The translations under genes and the position numbers were made by a program. From Azolla caroliniana (Eukaryota; Plantae; Polypodiophyta), in the NCBI GenBank assembly GCA_043228905.1, contig JBHGNT010000009.1, positions 6,944,001 through 7,008,000 on the forward strand: a stretch of DNA of 64,000 bases. The letters run 5' to 3'. The notes beneath the pieces were generated by a model. That model saw only the letters and a program-made list of their open reading frames with translations, did no database searches and had not been told where the DNA came from. Positions 50,194 to 62,300 of the stretch are shown here, piece after piece. Each line of letters opens with the position of its first letter. The first letter of the stretch is position 1.

Positions 50194-52149
50194 TCCATGT
50201 GGAAGGCATGGTGTGACATTCGTCGAGGGCTCAAGTGTGATCAACCGAGATCCGAACCTGCCTGGCTCAATCAACGCATCGTATGGAACCCATGTCTCAA
50301 GGATGAATCTAATCAACTACTGGGATCACGTAAGGGGTTGTCATGGGGATACATTGCAGAAGGTCCAGGAAAAAGTATAGAATGTTGGCGACGGTTTATG
50401 TTAATGCCACTACAAGATCAGGTGAACATACTGCATGGAATCAGGGGTGGATGGACTATGAGATTGGAAATCATTAACGCTCTACTGATTAGGGAATCTG
50501 CTACTTAAAGGATGACAATGGAGAAATGGATAGGCCACGAGGAGGAGGGTTCTCTGATCCCGAGAGGTAGGGGACCACCAGACAGACTCGAAGGCCCTGA
50601 ATTGCAAGACACTGAGACACCAACACAGAATAACGCCATTCGAGTACTCGCGTACACTGGTCATAAATGGATTGTAGATCCTGATCCGATCAAAGTACAA
50701 CCCGATTGGCATATATGTACTCATGAAAGCACATGGCTACATAAGGTTAGTTAGGACAATTTGCAATGGACATGGCGTGATCCCTACGCGGGGCAAGGAA
50801 GCAAACCCATCCCTTTCTTCCAATTCAGAACTAGATTGGGTTTCCACATTCTAGCTGCTCAAGCCGCCCGAGAACCGGCAGCTGCGAAGGTCTAGCACAC
50901 ATTTCAAGTTCCCTCCGCAATAATCACTAAGTTTTGGTAGAAAATCTGGAAGCAAAAACACGCGAGGCGAATTACCACTTTCCAATGGCTGTTAATACAT
51001 AAGTCCCTACCAGTGGGAGCATGGCAACGTGGGAATCTTAGCTCTCTTAATTGTGTAGAGTGCCCACATGCAGTAGAATCCATATGACACGCTCTGTGGG
51101 ACTGCCCAACGTCCCATCGAATATGGCGAGGGGTTGTCCGCTTGTTGCAATTATGCCAGGTGCAAGGTTCAATTAAGTGGGGAAATATATGTTGGCTATC
51201 ATGGCAGGCTACAATTGGCTGATACGAGCATCAGGAGGAGGGGATGACTTTGGTGATAAAAGCACAAGAGCTCCTTTTCTCCTCCAGCGGCAATGTCCAC
51301 TCTATTCCTCTTAATGACAAATCTCAAGAGGTGGAATTGGTCAGCCCAAATAACCCTTTGGATTCTATGGAAACAACGATGTAGGCGAGTCTTCTCCAAC
51401 CAAACCGCCCATCCAACAAGGTTACTGCAAGAGATATGGAGTGAAATTGTAGCCACTCTGAAGAGCCAATATGATGGCCTTAAGGGCGGCTCCGAGGGAG
51501 TTGAAAGACAACGCATAGCCTTCATCCAACAATGGTCGTCCTCTCCCTTTCTTGAGTCAGTGGGCATCCACATAAGATGGAACTATCGTGTCCCTTTAGG
51601 GATTTGTACATAATCGTTTCATTTGTAAAATTTTATAACTAATGGAAGGAGTTTATTTTTGGAAAAAAAAGAAGGTTTTTAAAATAGAATTGAGAAGAAT
51701 ATTTAAGAGAAATAATATTTTAATGGGGGGAGCATATCCACTTGTCGATGCTGAAAAGTTCTTGATTTCCCCCTTAATTGTGTAAATTAGATGATTATAC
51801 TCCTTAATCGTCTTTTTTATAGAATGATTACACATATTTTATTGGATAATCATGAAATTGTTTTGTCGAATTATTAAGAAAAGGAAGACCCTAAGTGAAG
51901 TTATCTCAAAGTAACGTGTGTGCATGTGAAACGTGGACATGACCATCGAGGACTTGAACCAAAGAGGATGGGTTGTTTCCTAGAGGGGTTTTTTTTAGTG
52001 GTTTTTGAATATGTATTGGGTATGTAAAATTTATTAAACTTACAATAATGGTTGCCCTATTGGTAAATACAATATTTTTAACTCTACAAGTATAAGGTTA
52101 TAATCGTGCCTTACACAAATACATCAATGTTTGCACGTTAGACCTATAT

Positions 52150-52680
52150 ATATTTTCTTTTTTTTGAAGATTCACCTTGGTATTAATGGGAAGATGCCCA
52201 AAAGGTACAAAGAATTCATACATGAAAACACAACCATCATACTTACATCAACCAATATGTCGAATAGCAAAAACCCGAGTCACATCTAAAATTGGGATCC
52301 TTCCATCATGTGGGGCGGAAAAACCTACCTTGGTGAAACGTATCTCCGGTTTATTCTCTCCCCAAAAGAGGTGAAGACCTCTCTTTGCCTTTGTTTACAT
52401 TTCTCTAAAATGGTGTTGCTTACGAAACACAACATCAAGGTCATTGGTTATTGCCTCATATTGACCTCTTAGAGTATGCAGAAGCATCAACCATATCGCC
52501 TTGAGTAACTCAACTGCATTTTGTTTGACTTTCTAAAGTACATATCTACATCTTGCCTTCCGTAATACCCAACATACTAAAGAAAATATCGTAGACCAAA
52601 CCTTTGTCACACTTATGTGTTCCTTTAGGTAGCTTTGATGTGAACTCTTTCCCTATACATGGGCACCTGATTACATTGAA
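52150..52680 (-). mobile_element. Decayed 3' end of another L1-like LINE
   Basis: T-run at ~52152-52165 (A-tail on minus); minus strand encodes WSTIFSLVCWVLRKARCRY, similar to the L1 ORF2 C-terminus. Confidence 0.5.
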
Positions 52681-53414
52681 TATTAAATGATTAGTCTAAA
52701 TACACACGAAATAATTCTCAACTATGTTACAAGGACTGGATTGAAAAGTAAGAATATAAGAAGCTAGAGAAGTATAATATGTATGTGTATACATTAACGG
52801 ATATTTTCGAGCCTTTGTTTAGATTGGCTTGCGAGATGGCTTCATTGCCTCTCGTCATAAGTGATCACAAGCGTCCTGAGCTTGATTTGCTACTCCAAGC
52901 TCAATTTTGATGAGTTTTTAAGAGGGCCCTTACCAAAATAGTAAGTTTCCTTTCGTGGCACTTGACCTCAAGACTCGACTGATGCAAAATTTGTACATTC
53001 ATCTTCATTTCAGACATATACCTTGCTACTTACAACAAGTCACATTTTGTCCTTCATCATCCATTATTAGACTCTAACCTTTGACCTTTTACTCTTAGCA
53101 TAAGACCTTGATGACTGAGCTAAGTCTTTTTTTTGTCTTTGACTTTGTCCTATCTCTTGACCATCGTGCATATGCCTTGTCTTTCAATCTTTTATATATA
53201 TTTAATTTGAATTTTTTCCTCATGTGTGCTTGCCACATCATAACATTGTCATGATAACGTGTGCGAGTGCTACTTGAGTAGGACCGCGAGGGACCTAAAC
53301 CAAAGAGGGCATGATGTTGTGCAAGAAGATTTTAAACCTCTTCATAGATTACCTTGAGTAATTTTCTCTTTTTGTGAAATAAAACTGTCAAGATCGAAGA
53401 TTTTATTCAAATTG

Positions 53415-53700
53415 ATGTAAGACTCGAACCGAGGATAGCTTAGGCTCGATTCAAGGAAAACTTTAGGCTAAAGTTGAGGAAATCTTAGGCTCGAATCAAG
53501 GAAAGCTTGGGCTTAAGTTGATGAAATGTTAGGCTTGAATCAAGGAAAGTTAAGACTCGAGTATAGGAAAGATTAGGCTCAACCCTAGGAAGCTTAGGCT
53601 TAATTCGAGAAAAGTTTAAGCTTAAATCGAGGAAAGCTAGGGTCAAGTTGAGGAAAGCTTAGGCTCGACTCAAGGAAGCTTAGGCTTGACTTGAGGAAAC
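53415..53700. repeat. 22-bp minisatellite (consensus ~GAAAGCTTAGGCTCGAATCAAG), about 13 diverged copies
   Basis: Direct inspection. Confidence 0.85.
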
Positions 53701-56104
53701 TTGTGTATGAGTCATCACAAAACCTTTCTCTCTCTCCACCATGGAAGCGCTCAAATAGCTAATTTACACAAAGTGCACTTGTTAATACAACCACCTCAGA
53801 TTAAGACAACACTCACTAAGTCACTCGAAAATATATGTTCCCATTTTCAAAATAAGGTATACGAGGAATGATTAAACTAGGGAATACAAATATATGTTTA
53901 TATAAGGAATATATTTGCAAAGAAAGGGGGTAAACTAGGAGGAACAACTCTCGCGTTTCGTTGGCCCACGCTCACGAGCAAGGATCGGCACGCTTTTTGT
54001 TGTCGTAGATTTCCACACCCTCTTTTGCATCTTCCTCTTGATGATTCTCATTTCTCCGTCTTTTTTTCCTTCACTCGAGTAAGAAAACCGTAATGAAATA
54101 TCTTGAAGAAGAGGAAGTGTACACCAAGAAAAAGTAGGAGTGGCCCAACACACTCTCACACCACCCACAAGAAAACCCTAAAATCCAAGGAGGTAAAGAA
54201 GAAGAAAAATGTCTCACAGAACCTAAAATTAGAAAATAAAACCCCTCTAAAACCTTTGAGCACCAAACCCCAAAATGAGCCCTCAACTCCCCATTTTAAT
54301 GTGGGAGAGGAGGCTCACCCATTGATTAAATGCTCACTCATCCCCCTACGTCAAAATGCTAAAAGAGAGGTAGTTAACACCCTACCACACAAGCTGATAT
54401 TGAAACTATACATACACTTTCTCCTGCACAATCAATAGCCTTAATTACGAAGCCATTAACGTTTTATTATTTAAAACTTTTTAGATTAGATTTTGCATGT
54501 TTACATTCATTTTTACACCTCTTTTTCCCTCATTTCCCTACATTTTCCTTTGACCCGCCACATCGCGACATGTTGTTTGTCCCATAATCAAGAAAGACAA
54601 GAACCTCTAATTTTAATTTTATCTTTATTGTTTATAGTTGAGTTGTTATCACATTTTTTCTATTTGTAGCAGGTTTCTCATATGGCAGTAATGAGCCCTC
54701 CTCAAGTGCACTTTGGGTGCTAGCAAGGAGTTGTAAACCACATAAATAAACACTTTGACCAAATTTCAATTCTAAGATCTTGACAAAATGCTCTAACCAA
54801 CTTTTAATTATGCCAATAGATGTTTCTATTTAGACTTCTTCTTATATATGAAGATTTTTCTCCTCATTTAGTACACCGTTTTACTTAACAAGAAACCCCA
54901 TATGCTAAGGATAACGCAAACATGTTTCAATCAATTGTCAACTTGTTTTGCCCCTCTAAATGCATTGTGATTTATTAGTTTCTCTCTCTCCCTCTTCTCT
55001 CCTTGGAATGAGTTTAATCTAAATTTCTTGATTTTTGCATTCTTCAATGTAATAGTTTATCAATAAATAATCGATTGATTCTTGCGGTCACTTCCAATCC
55101 TCTTCCTCCTTACGTGCACATAATATAGTTATCAATACTTCGAAACCAATCAAACTAAGAATATAATCCTTGTGATATTTTTGCATTGTTTACAGAAGTT
55201 TTCTTTTATTGGAGTGTATATGTATATGTATATGTATATAATTGAAATGTGATGGTGTGGTCTGTTGCTCTAAAACACCAAGGGAGTGGGTTGTTATGTG
55301 AGGAGAGAGAAAGTAGAGAAAATTGTGTAGAAAAATAGAGAGGAAACCTTAGCCACCAAAAGTCCCTATCTCGTTATGAGAAATTTGGAACTAATTCTTA
55401 TTGATAAGTAACTTTTAAGTCATTTGGGCATGTTCACACATGGCCAATGACAAAAAGTTATAAAGATAATGTAAATGCTTATAACGCCCCAAATTGGGGC
55501 CAAAAATATAATTAAGTTTATGTCTAGAAAGCTCTCGAAGGGAGCTTTCACATGGAAGGGTCAAAATATACATAAAACGAGATTCCTTGGAGCTTTTATA
55601 CCCAACAACCTCCCACTGAAAGGACCAAGGAGGCTCCTTTAAGCTAAGTAATTCCCACCATGTATATACATAGCTAATGTTGTGCCCTGGGTAGACACTT
55701 TGTGAAAGCATCTATAGGATTTTGTGATGTATTGAACTTGATCAAAGTGATTAGGCCATCTTCTAGCATCTCTCTAAAGAAGTGGTATCTCCCATCAATA
55801 TGTTTTGTGTGGGCACTTTGAGAAAGCATCTATAGGATTTTGTGAAGTATTGACCTTGATCAAAGTGATTACATTTTTTGCCAAACATATGGCACTTCGG
55901 CTATCACATCCAAGAACATGTGCCTTTTCAAGCATCTCAAACTTAGTACACAAGTGGGCTAATCAGATAGCTTCTTTGGAAGCCTTTGTGGCTGAAATAT
56001 ATTCAACCTCTAGAGTAGATAGTGCAACTATCCTCTGAAGTCGAGAGCACCATGAAATAGCTCCAACTGCAATGGTGTATACATAGCAAATTGTGGACTT
56101 ACGT

Positions 56105-57145
56105 TGTCGTGAAGATTTTTGCCAATGGTGTGAAAATCACATAAAACTACAAAAAGATGGAGGTCTTGAAGAGCTTTCAGATGCACTTTACTACATAAGA
56201 AACGGACATCTAAGTGTCAACTTATGTGGGTAGGAAGTTTGCAAAGACAAAGAGAAAAATAAAATTATGAGATATCCCACATAGACAGGATAAATAAAGA
56301 TCTCACCATATATAAGATAGAGCAAAAACTGTTATCTTTGTGTTTATGTGTGGAGCATAGAGAGTCCAAGGTGACTTGAACTAAGCTATTGGATGAATGG
56401 GTGTGGCTTGGCTACTTGCAAAGGTTTTGGCCAACCAAAACCGGACCGGTGATGGAGCCGGTGAACCAGCGATCGGACGGTAACCGGCATCCGGCATCCG
56501 GCGATGGAACCGGGATCCGACGACCAACGGCTAGATGGATAAATAAATAAATAAATATTTATACATATACACAAGGAGGGAAAGTAAGGATTTAAAACTT
56601 GCACCTCCAAGTTAAGAGTCAATAGGCTTACCACTAAGCCAACACATTTTCTTGGAATTATATTTTTATCATTGTAACTTTACATGTAAATTCTCATATA
56701 TGAGAGCTAAAATGAGTGTCATGGTTATCATGCACCACATGTAATACATGAGCGCCAAATAGCAAACATGCATTTTATGCATGTCTTGTACCCTCAAATG
56801 CATGAGGGTATCTATAAAAGTGGGGAGAAAAAAGATGAAAGGGGTAATGTAAAATGTTTTTGGATGATCAAATAAGAAACTTGTAACCCTATTGTTGATG
56901 TACTTAGCTCTCAAAATCTAAAGTAAAAAGTTCGATCTTATCTCTCTCACTCTCTATCTCTCTCTCGCCATATCAATCTCTCTCAACCTAAAGTCAAGTG
57001 TTTAAATCTCATATTAATCTCAATCTCTCTCAATCTATCTTAAAAACCTTTCTCGCTAAAGCTAGTGCAAACTTCGAATCCTTCCGGTCCAGGACCCCGG
57101 TGGTTCCGCCTTGCGATCTGCACATAGTGATGGATCTTCATGACA
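56105..57145 (+). mobile_element. Solo LTR related to Gypsy family B, 4-bp TSD ACGT
   Basis: Termini TGTCGTGAAGAT / ATCTTCATGACA; ACGT on both sides (56101-56104, 57146-57149); removal restores Copia DVDTR-KST; shares the subterminal GGTCCAGGACCCCGGTGG motif with family B LTRs. Confidence 0.85.
56585..56645 (-). repeat. tRNA-derived SINE-like head inside the solo LTR
   Basis: Minus strand TGGCTTAGTGGTAAG (A box) ... CTCTTAA (CTT anticodon-like) ... AGTTTTAAATCC (decayed B box). Confidence 0.45.
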
Positions 57146-58019
57146 ACGTGTATCCACATCACCTGCCATGTCTGAATCACAAAATCCTTTTAACTCGAAT
57201 GGACCCTTGCCAGAACATAAGGATTCACCTTTGGTTCCATTCAAATATCTCAAGATAGATTCAATTGCCTCCCAAAGAGCTCTACTGGAATTAGCCATGA
57301 ACATGCTAACAACTCCAACTACATGAGCAATGTCTATCCAAGTGGCAACCATGGCATATGTAAATGAACCACAAGTTGATGAATGTAGAACATTCTTCAT
57401 GTAATTGGTTGCATCATCATGTGTTGGGACAATCATGGAAAACCTTACATGTGGCTCCAATGGCACTCCAAGAGGCTTAGCGTCAGCCACATTAAATCTG
57501 CCCAACACTTTTTCCATGTACTTTTCTTGGGGTAAATGAAAAATATATTGTTGCCTATTTGCATACCAGAAATATGCCCAACTTCTCCAAGCTCTTTTGT
57601 TGAAAATGCAAAGTTCTGCTACAGTTTTAGATCATTCAAAGTGCTCTTTTTCTTACCTACTAGCAACATATCATCTACATACAATTCTAGAATTATTGGG
57701 GTGCCATCTTCATCCTTTCTTAGTGTACAAACTGTGTTCTACATGGCTTCATTTGACCATGTCTGAGCATAAATGCATCGAATATCTTATATTATTTCCT
57801 ATGGGCTTGTTTCAACCCATTCAAGCTCCTTTTTAGCTTGCATACCATATGCTCATTTCTAGGAATAACATATCCTTATGGTTATTTCATGTACAACTCT
57901 TTGTTTAAATCACCATACAAATAGATTTTTTTAACATCCATTTGGAATAATTCCAAATCCAACGCGGCCGTTGTCGCGAATATCCACGGTTAGGGGGTCG
58001 ACTGGGGTCCCTGGATCTG

Positions 58020-59390
58020 GTTCATCCAGTCCGGTTCCTCCGGTTCTCATTCGGATGCCATCCGGAGGGACCGAATTCCCAACAAGCTCTCCCTTCACTT
58101 CGGCATGGGAAATCTTGTCAATCCGATCCGTCTCCGGCACGCGTCTAGCTTGTCTGCTGACAACACCTTGGTCAACATGTCCAACCCATTCTCCTCCGTA
58201 TGGATCTTCTTCAACATGAACTCTTTATCTTCTACCTTCTCTTAGAGCCAGTGACATCTCCTTTGGATGTGCTTCGTCCGGGAGTGGTAGGCCACGTTCT
58301 TCGCAAGGTGGATGACACTTTGACTATCGCAGTGGAGCCGGAATTCCTCATGTTGGATTCCTAGCTCTCCGATGAAGTCCTTCATCTAGAATACCTCTTT
58401 GCTAGCTTCTACAGCCGCCATGTACTCTGCTTCCGTTGTCGATAGTGCAACGAAATTTTGCAGCCTCGACGACCACGATACGTCTCCCTTGGCATATGTC
58501 ATGACATATTCGGACGTGAACCGATTGCTATCTACATCAGCTGACATGTCTGAATCCATAAATCCTTCAAGTTGGGGTTTACCTGAGCCAAATAGGAGGC
58601 ACATACTCGAGGTTCCTTTCAAGTACCGGAGTATCCACTTAACTGCGGTCTAGTGTTCTCTTCCTGGATTGCTCATGAACCGGTCGACCACTCTGACAAC
58701 ATATCCAATATCCGGCCGTGTGCACACCATTGTGTACATCAAGCTTTTGACGGAAGAGGCGTATGGTATTTTCATCATCTTTGACTTCTCTGCCTTTGTC
58801 TTCGGGCTCTGCTTCCTGGACAACTTGCAGTTGGCCGAAAGTGTCGACTTGACCAACTTCACATCCGTCATGTTGAATTGTTGGAGCACCTTCGTCATGT
58901 CCTTTTCTTGTGGAAGGCATAATAGCTTCTTCGTTCGGTCCCAGACTATGTGCATCCCTAGTATCTGTTTTGCCGGACCCAAATCTTTCATTTAGAAGGT
59001 CCGGTTCAAGGCATTCTTTAGATTCCTGATTTTGATTCGGTTTGATTCGGCGATCAGCATGTCATCCACATACAACAGGAGTATCAGGAAGTCACCTCTG
59101 TCGAAATTCTTCACGAACATGCAGGGGTCGGCCTGCATCTTGTGGTATCCTTGGTCAGTCGTGAAGGAGTCGAACTTCCAATACCATTGTCGGGGAGCTT
59201 GCTTCAGTTCGTATAAGCTCTTCTTCAACCGGCACACAAGGTGTTCTTTCCCTTTCTTGACGAATCCTTCCGGCTGCTGCATGTAGATCTCCTCCTTGAG
59301 GTCGCCATGTAGGAATGTCGTCTTAATGTGTAGCTACTCTATCTTGAGGTGCATGCTTGCCGCTATGCTCAACACCATCCGGATGGACGT
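58020..59390 (-). mobile_element. Copia 3' portion (RT, RNase H, PPT, start of 3' LTR at 58084), related to the Tork-like family
   Basis: QQPEGF, LLYVDDML, DSDMSADVD, ALSTTEAEY; PPT GTGAAGGGAGAG followed by TGTTGGGAATTCGGTCCCTCCGGATGG. Confidence 0.85.
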
Positions 59391-62300
59391 TGTCGCGTTA
59401 CTACGTGTGTGCGTGGAGAAACGAGGCGAGACCACCGGGGTCTTGAACCGAAGAGCAGGTGATAGGAGGGGAAAGAGAAAGAGAGAGACGACCGGTTACA
59501 TATGAGCAAAGAAACACAGGGACACGGCCCGTCAACGCAGAAAACACGAATGGACACAGAGACAGAGAGACACGAATGTTTGTATATTAACAAATGACAC
59601 AAAACAACAGAGCACGCGAGCGGTTACAACCGAACAGGCCGGCGAACAAATGCCAATGCCTGCTCGTCTGTGCACGAAAGGGGATAGGATGGAGATGCTG
59701 CTGGAAGCACACGGGCGTTCCTCGAAGTAGCGCGAGCCTCCCGAAATGCTGCAGAGAAGAGCGATGGAGAATGAACAGAGGAGAAGCGTTCGGTTACGGT
59801 CCGACAGCACTTCGTCCTCCTCAATGCGCGATCCCTTTCTCCCCGCGCCTCCCTCTCTTTTATAGCTCCAAGAAGGGAGTTGTTTCCCTCATTAACTTCC
59901 TACCTACCGAATCTAACTACCTAGGATATACCTTTGTACCTAATCCTTTATTATATACATTAGAGGGCGTGCACGCGTGAAGAGCCGGTTCGCGCGCGCT
60001 ATACACCGATTGCGCTAAGGGACGGTTTTCTTCACAACATCCGACCCCACCTTACCGCGCATCCACCGGTATGCGCCAAAATTGGGTTCTGGTTGGAGAA
60101 AACCGGTCCGGGTTCCGGTTCCTCGTTCATCGGTTCGTCCTCCGTTTCGGACTGTTCGTCGTCGCTATCCAGGCCTCTTACATCCGGTTTGCCGTCGTGG
60201 CGCTTCTTGAACGTCTTGATCCGCTTCCCTGCTACCGGTACCGCCATCCTCGTACCGTCGAGTTCCGCCAGGTGATACGTCCCGTTGTCGTTGGCGCTCG
60301 TTACCACGTAAGGCCCGAACCACTGCATTGCAAACTTCCGTGTTGCCCGGTGCTGGTTGTCGAGGCTGCTGTCGTAGACTAGCACCCAATCGCCTTCCTC
60401 GATTTTCTTTGGTCGGAGCCGGTGCGTTTGGTCGAACCGGGCTTTGTTCCTCATCCTCGCCACCCGAAGTCTCTTCGCCGCTTGTTCCACGTCCCCTGGC
60501 CTCCGCTTGAGTTGCCGTATACGCGCCGCTAGCAGTTCTTCCTGGCTCATCTCGTCTCTCCAGTCCACTATCGCCCAAGAGGAGATCGTCCGTTCCATCG
60601 GCATGATTGGATTCTGTCCGAACATGAGCTCTGACGGCATGAACCCGGTTACCGAACTGTGCGTTGTCCGATCCGCCCACAAGGCATAAGGTAACAGTCG
60701 TGGCCAGTTTCCGACCTAGCCTCCGCATGCCCGGACTAGTGCTTTGACGATCGGTCCGTGTCCGCGCTCCACCTTCCCATTGGCCTCCGGATTGTACGTT
60801 GTGGTGAGCAAGAGCTTGACCCCTAACCGGTTGAACAACTCCTCGGCCTCTTCGGCGTCCAACTCCCCGCGGTCAGCCATGATCTTCCCGACGCACCCGT
60901 ACCGGCATATCACGTCCTCGATCAGGAACCGACACACGGCCGCGGTCGTTTTGTTCTGCAGGGCTCGGCCTTCCACCTGGTTCGTCAGGTCCTCCCGGGC
61001 CAGCACCAGATATCGCATCTGCCCTACACCCATCGGCATCGTCACCAAATCTACCATCCATTTGAAGTGGATGGCCGGAGGGTATGTAGGGTGAAGCTTG
61101 TCCCGATGTCGGACTATGGAGTGTATCTGACAGCTCTCACAAGTTGTCACGAACCGATGCACGTCCCGGTACAGTCCCGGCCACCAGTACTTCCCCTTTA
61201 GTTTCTCGAACGTGGCCCACGTCCCACGGTGTCCAGCCCAGGGGCTATCATGGTAGACCTTCAGCAACTCCTGTTCCTCCTCCATCGCCACTACTCAGAG
61301 CGGGATGCCGTTTCTCTTCTTCGGGTGCTTCCACAAGTATCCGTCCCAGAGAAAGAATCGGTATGCTTTCTTCCGGATCCGGTTGGCCTCGTTCTTTGTC
61401 CATGACGCGTCCGGCGTCATGGTCCTTAAGAATCCCCCAATCTACAGCCACTCCCCGTCGTACTTGCTCTCATTAAAATCGTTAAGCACCGGAGTGCTCC
61501 CTCCCTCAGTTGTTACGTAGGCCGCCTCGAAGAAGTCTACGCCGACTTCCTCGTCTTCCGAAACCATGCCGCCCTCGTCGTCGAATCGCGCCCTCGAAAA
61601 CATGTCGGCCATGGCATTTTCTTTCCCGGAAATGTGTCGTATTTCTGGATCCACCTGAGCATTGCCAGATCCGGGGTTGCGCATCCAGAAACCATGCCGA
61701 GAATCGTCAGGCAGTCCGTCTCGATAATCACCTCTGTCCCAATCAGATAGTCTTTATCGGCCATTACCGCCGAAACAATACCCCAGAGTTCGCGTTTAAC
61801 CTAGGCGTATCCTCGCTGTCGCTCGCTGAGGACCTTCGCGCCAAACCGGATTGGGAACCGAATGTCATCCTCATCTTCTTGGTTGACAACCCATCCGATC
61901 CCGGTCGGACTCGTATCTACCGTCATGTAGATGGGAGTACCTTTCTTGTAGACAGCCTTCCGGAGTGCCGGAGCTGCAGCAAGAGCCTCCTTCATCTTTC
62001 GGACAGACTCCGTATGCTCGTCCCGCCACTCGAATTTTCGCCCCTTTTTCAGCAACCCGTATAGCGGCTCGGCAACGTGGGCGTAATGCGGGATCCATAT
62101 GTGGTAGAAAGCGCATGCTCCCAAGAACCTCCGTACCTCCATGACCGAGTTACAGTCGGGCTTCATTGCGGAGATGGCTTCTAACTTAGCCGGAGACGGT
62201 TTCCGGCCATACGGTCCGACGACCATGATCTCCGATTGCCCGAAGGCCAATTTCTCCCCGGAGAAGGTGAGCCTCTTGTCCTCTAGCCTCTGCAGCACCT

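Larger units (their letters stand above)
31490..51670 (+). mobile_element. L1-clade LINE, near full-length, split by a DNA transposon and a Copia
   Basis: ORF1 ~31501-33200 with knuckle CFACKKLGHLKKNC. ORF2 in three pieces (~33280-34755, 43975-45373, 50199-51613): APE endonuclease (IITWNVQG, LQEHH, NVYAPN, GGDFN, SDH), RT (LDFEKAYDRV, FADD), C-terminal CxxC..H...C and LWILWKQRC. Short A-tail at 51663-51670. Confidence 0.92.
55700..57971 (-). pseudogene. Decayed Copia RT-RNase H, interrupted by a solo LTR
   Basis: AALDLELFQMDV, ILELYVDDML, GFCDSDMAGDVDTR|KST and VALSTLEVEY motifs. Confidence 0.75.
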
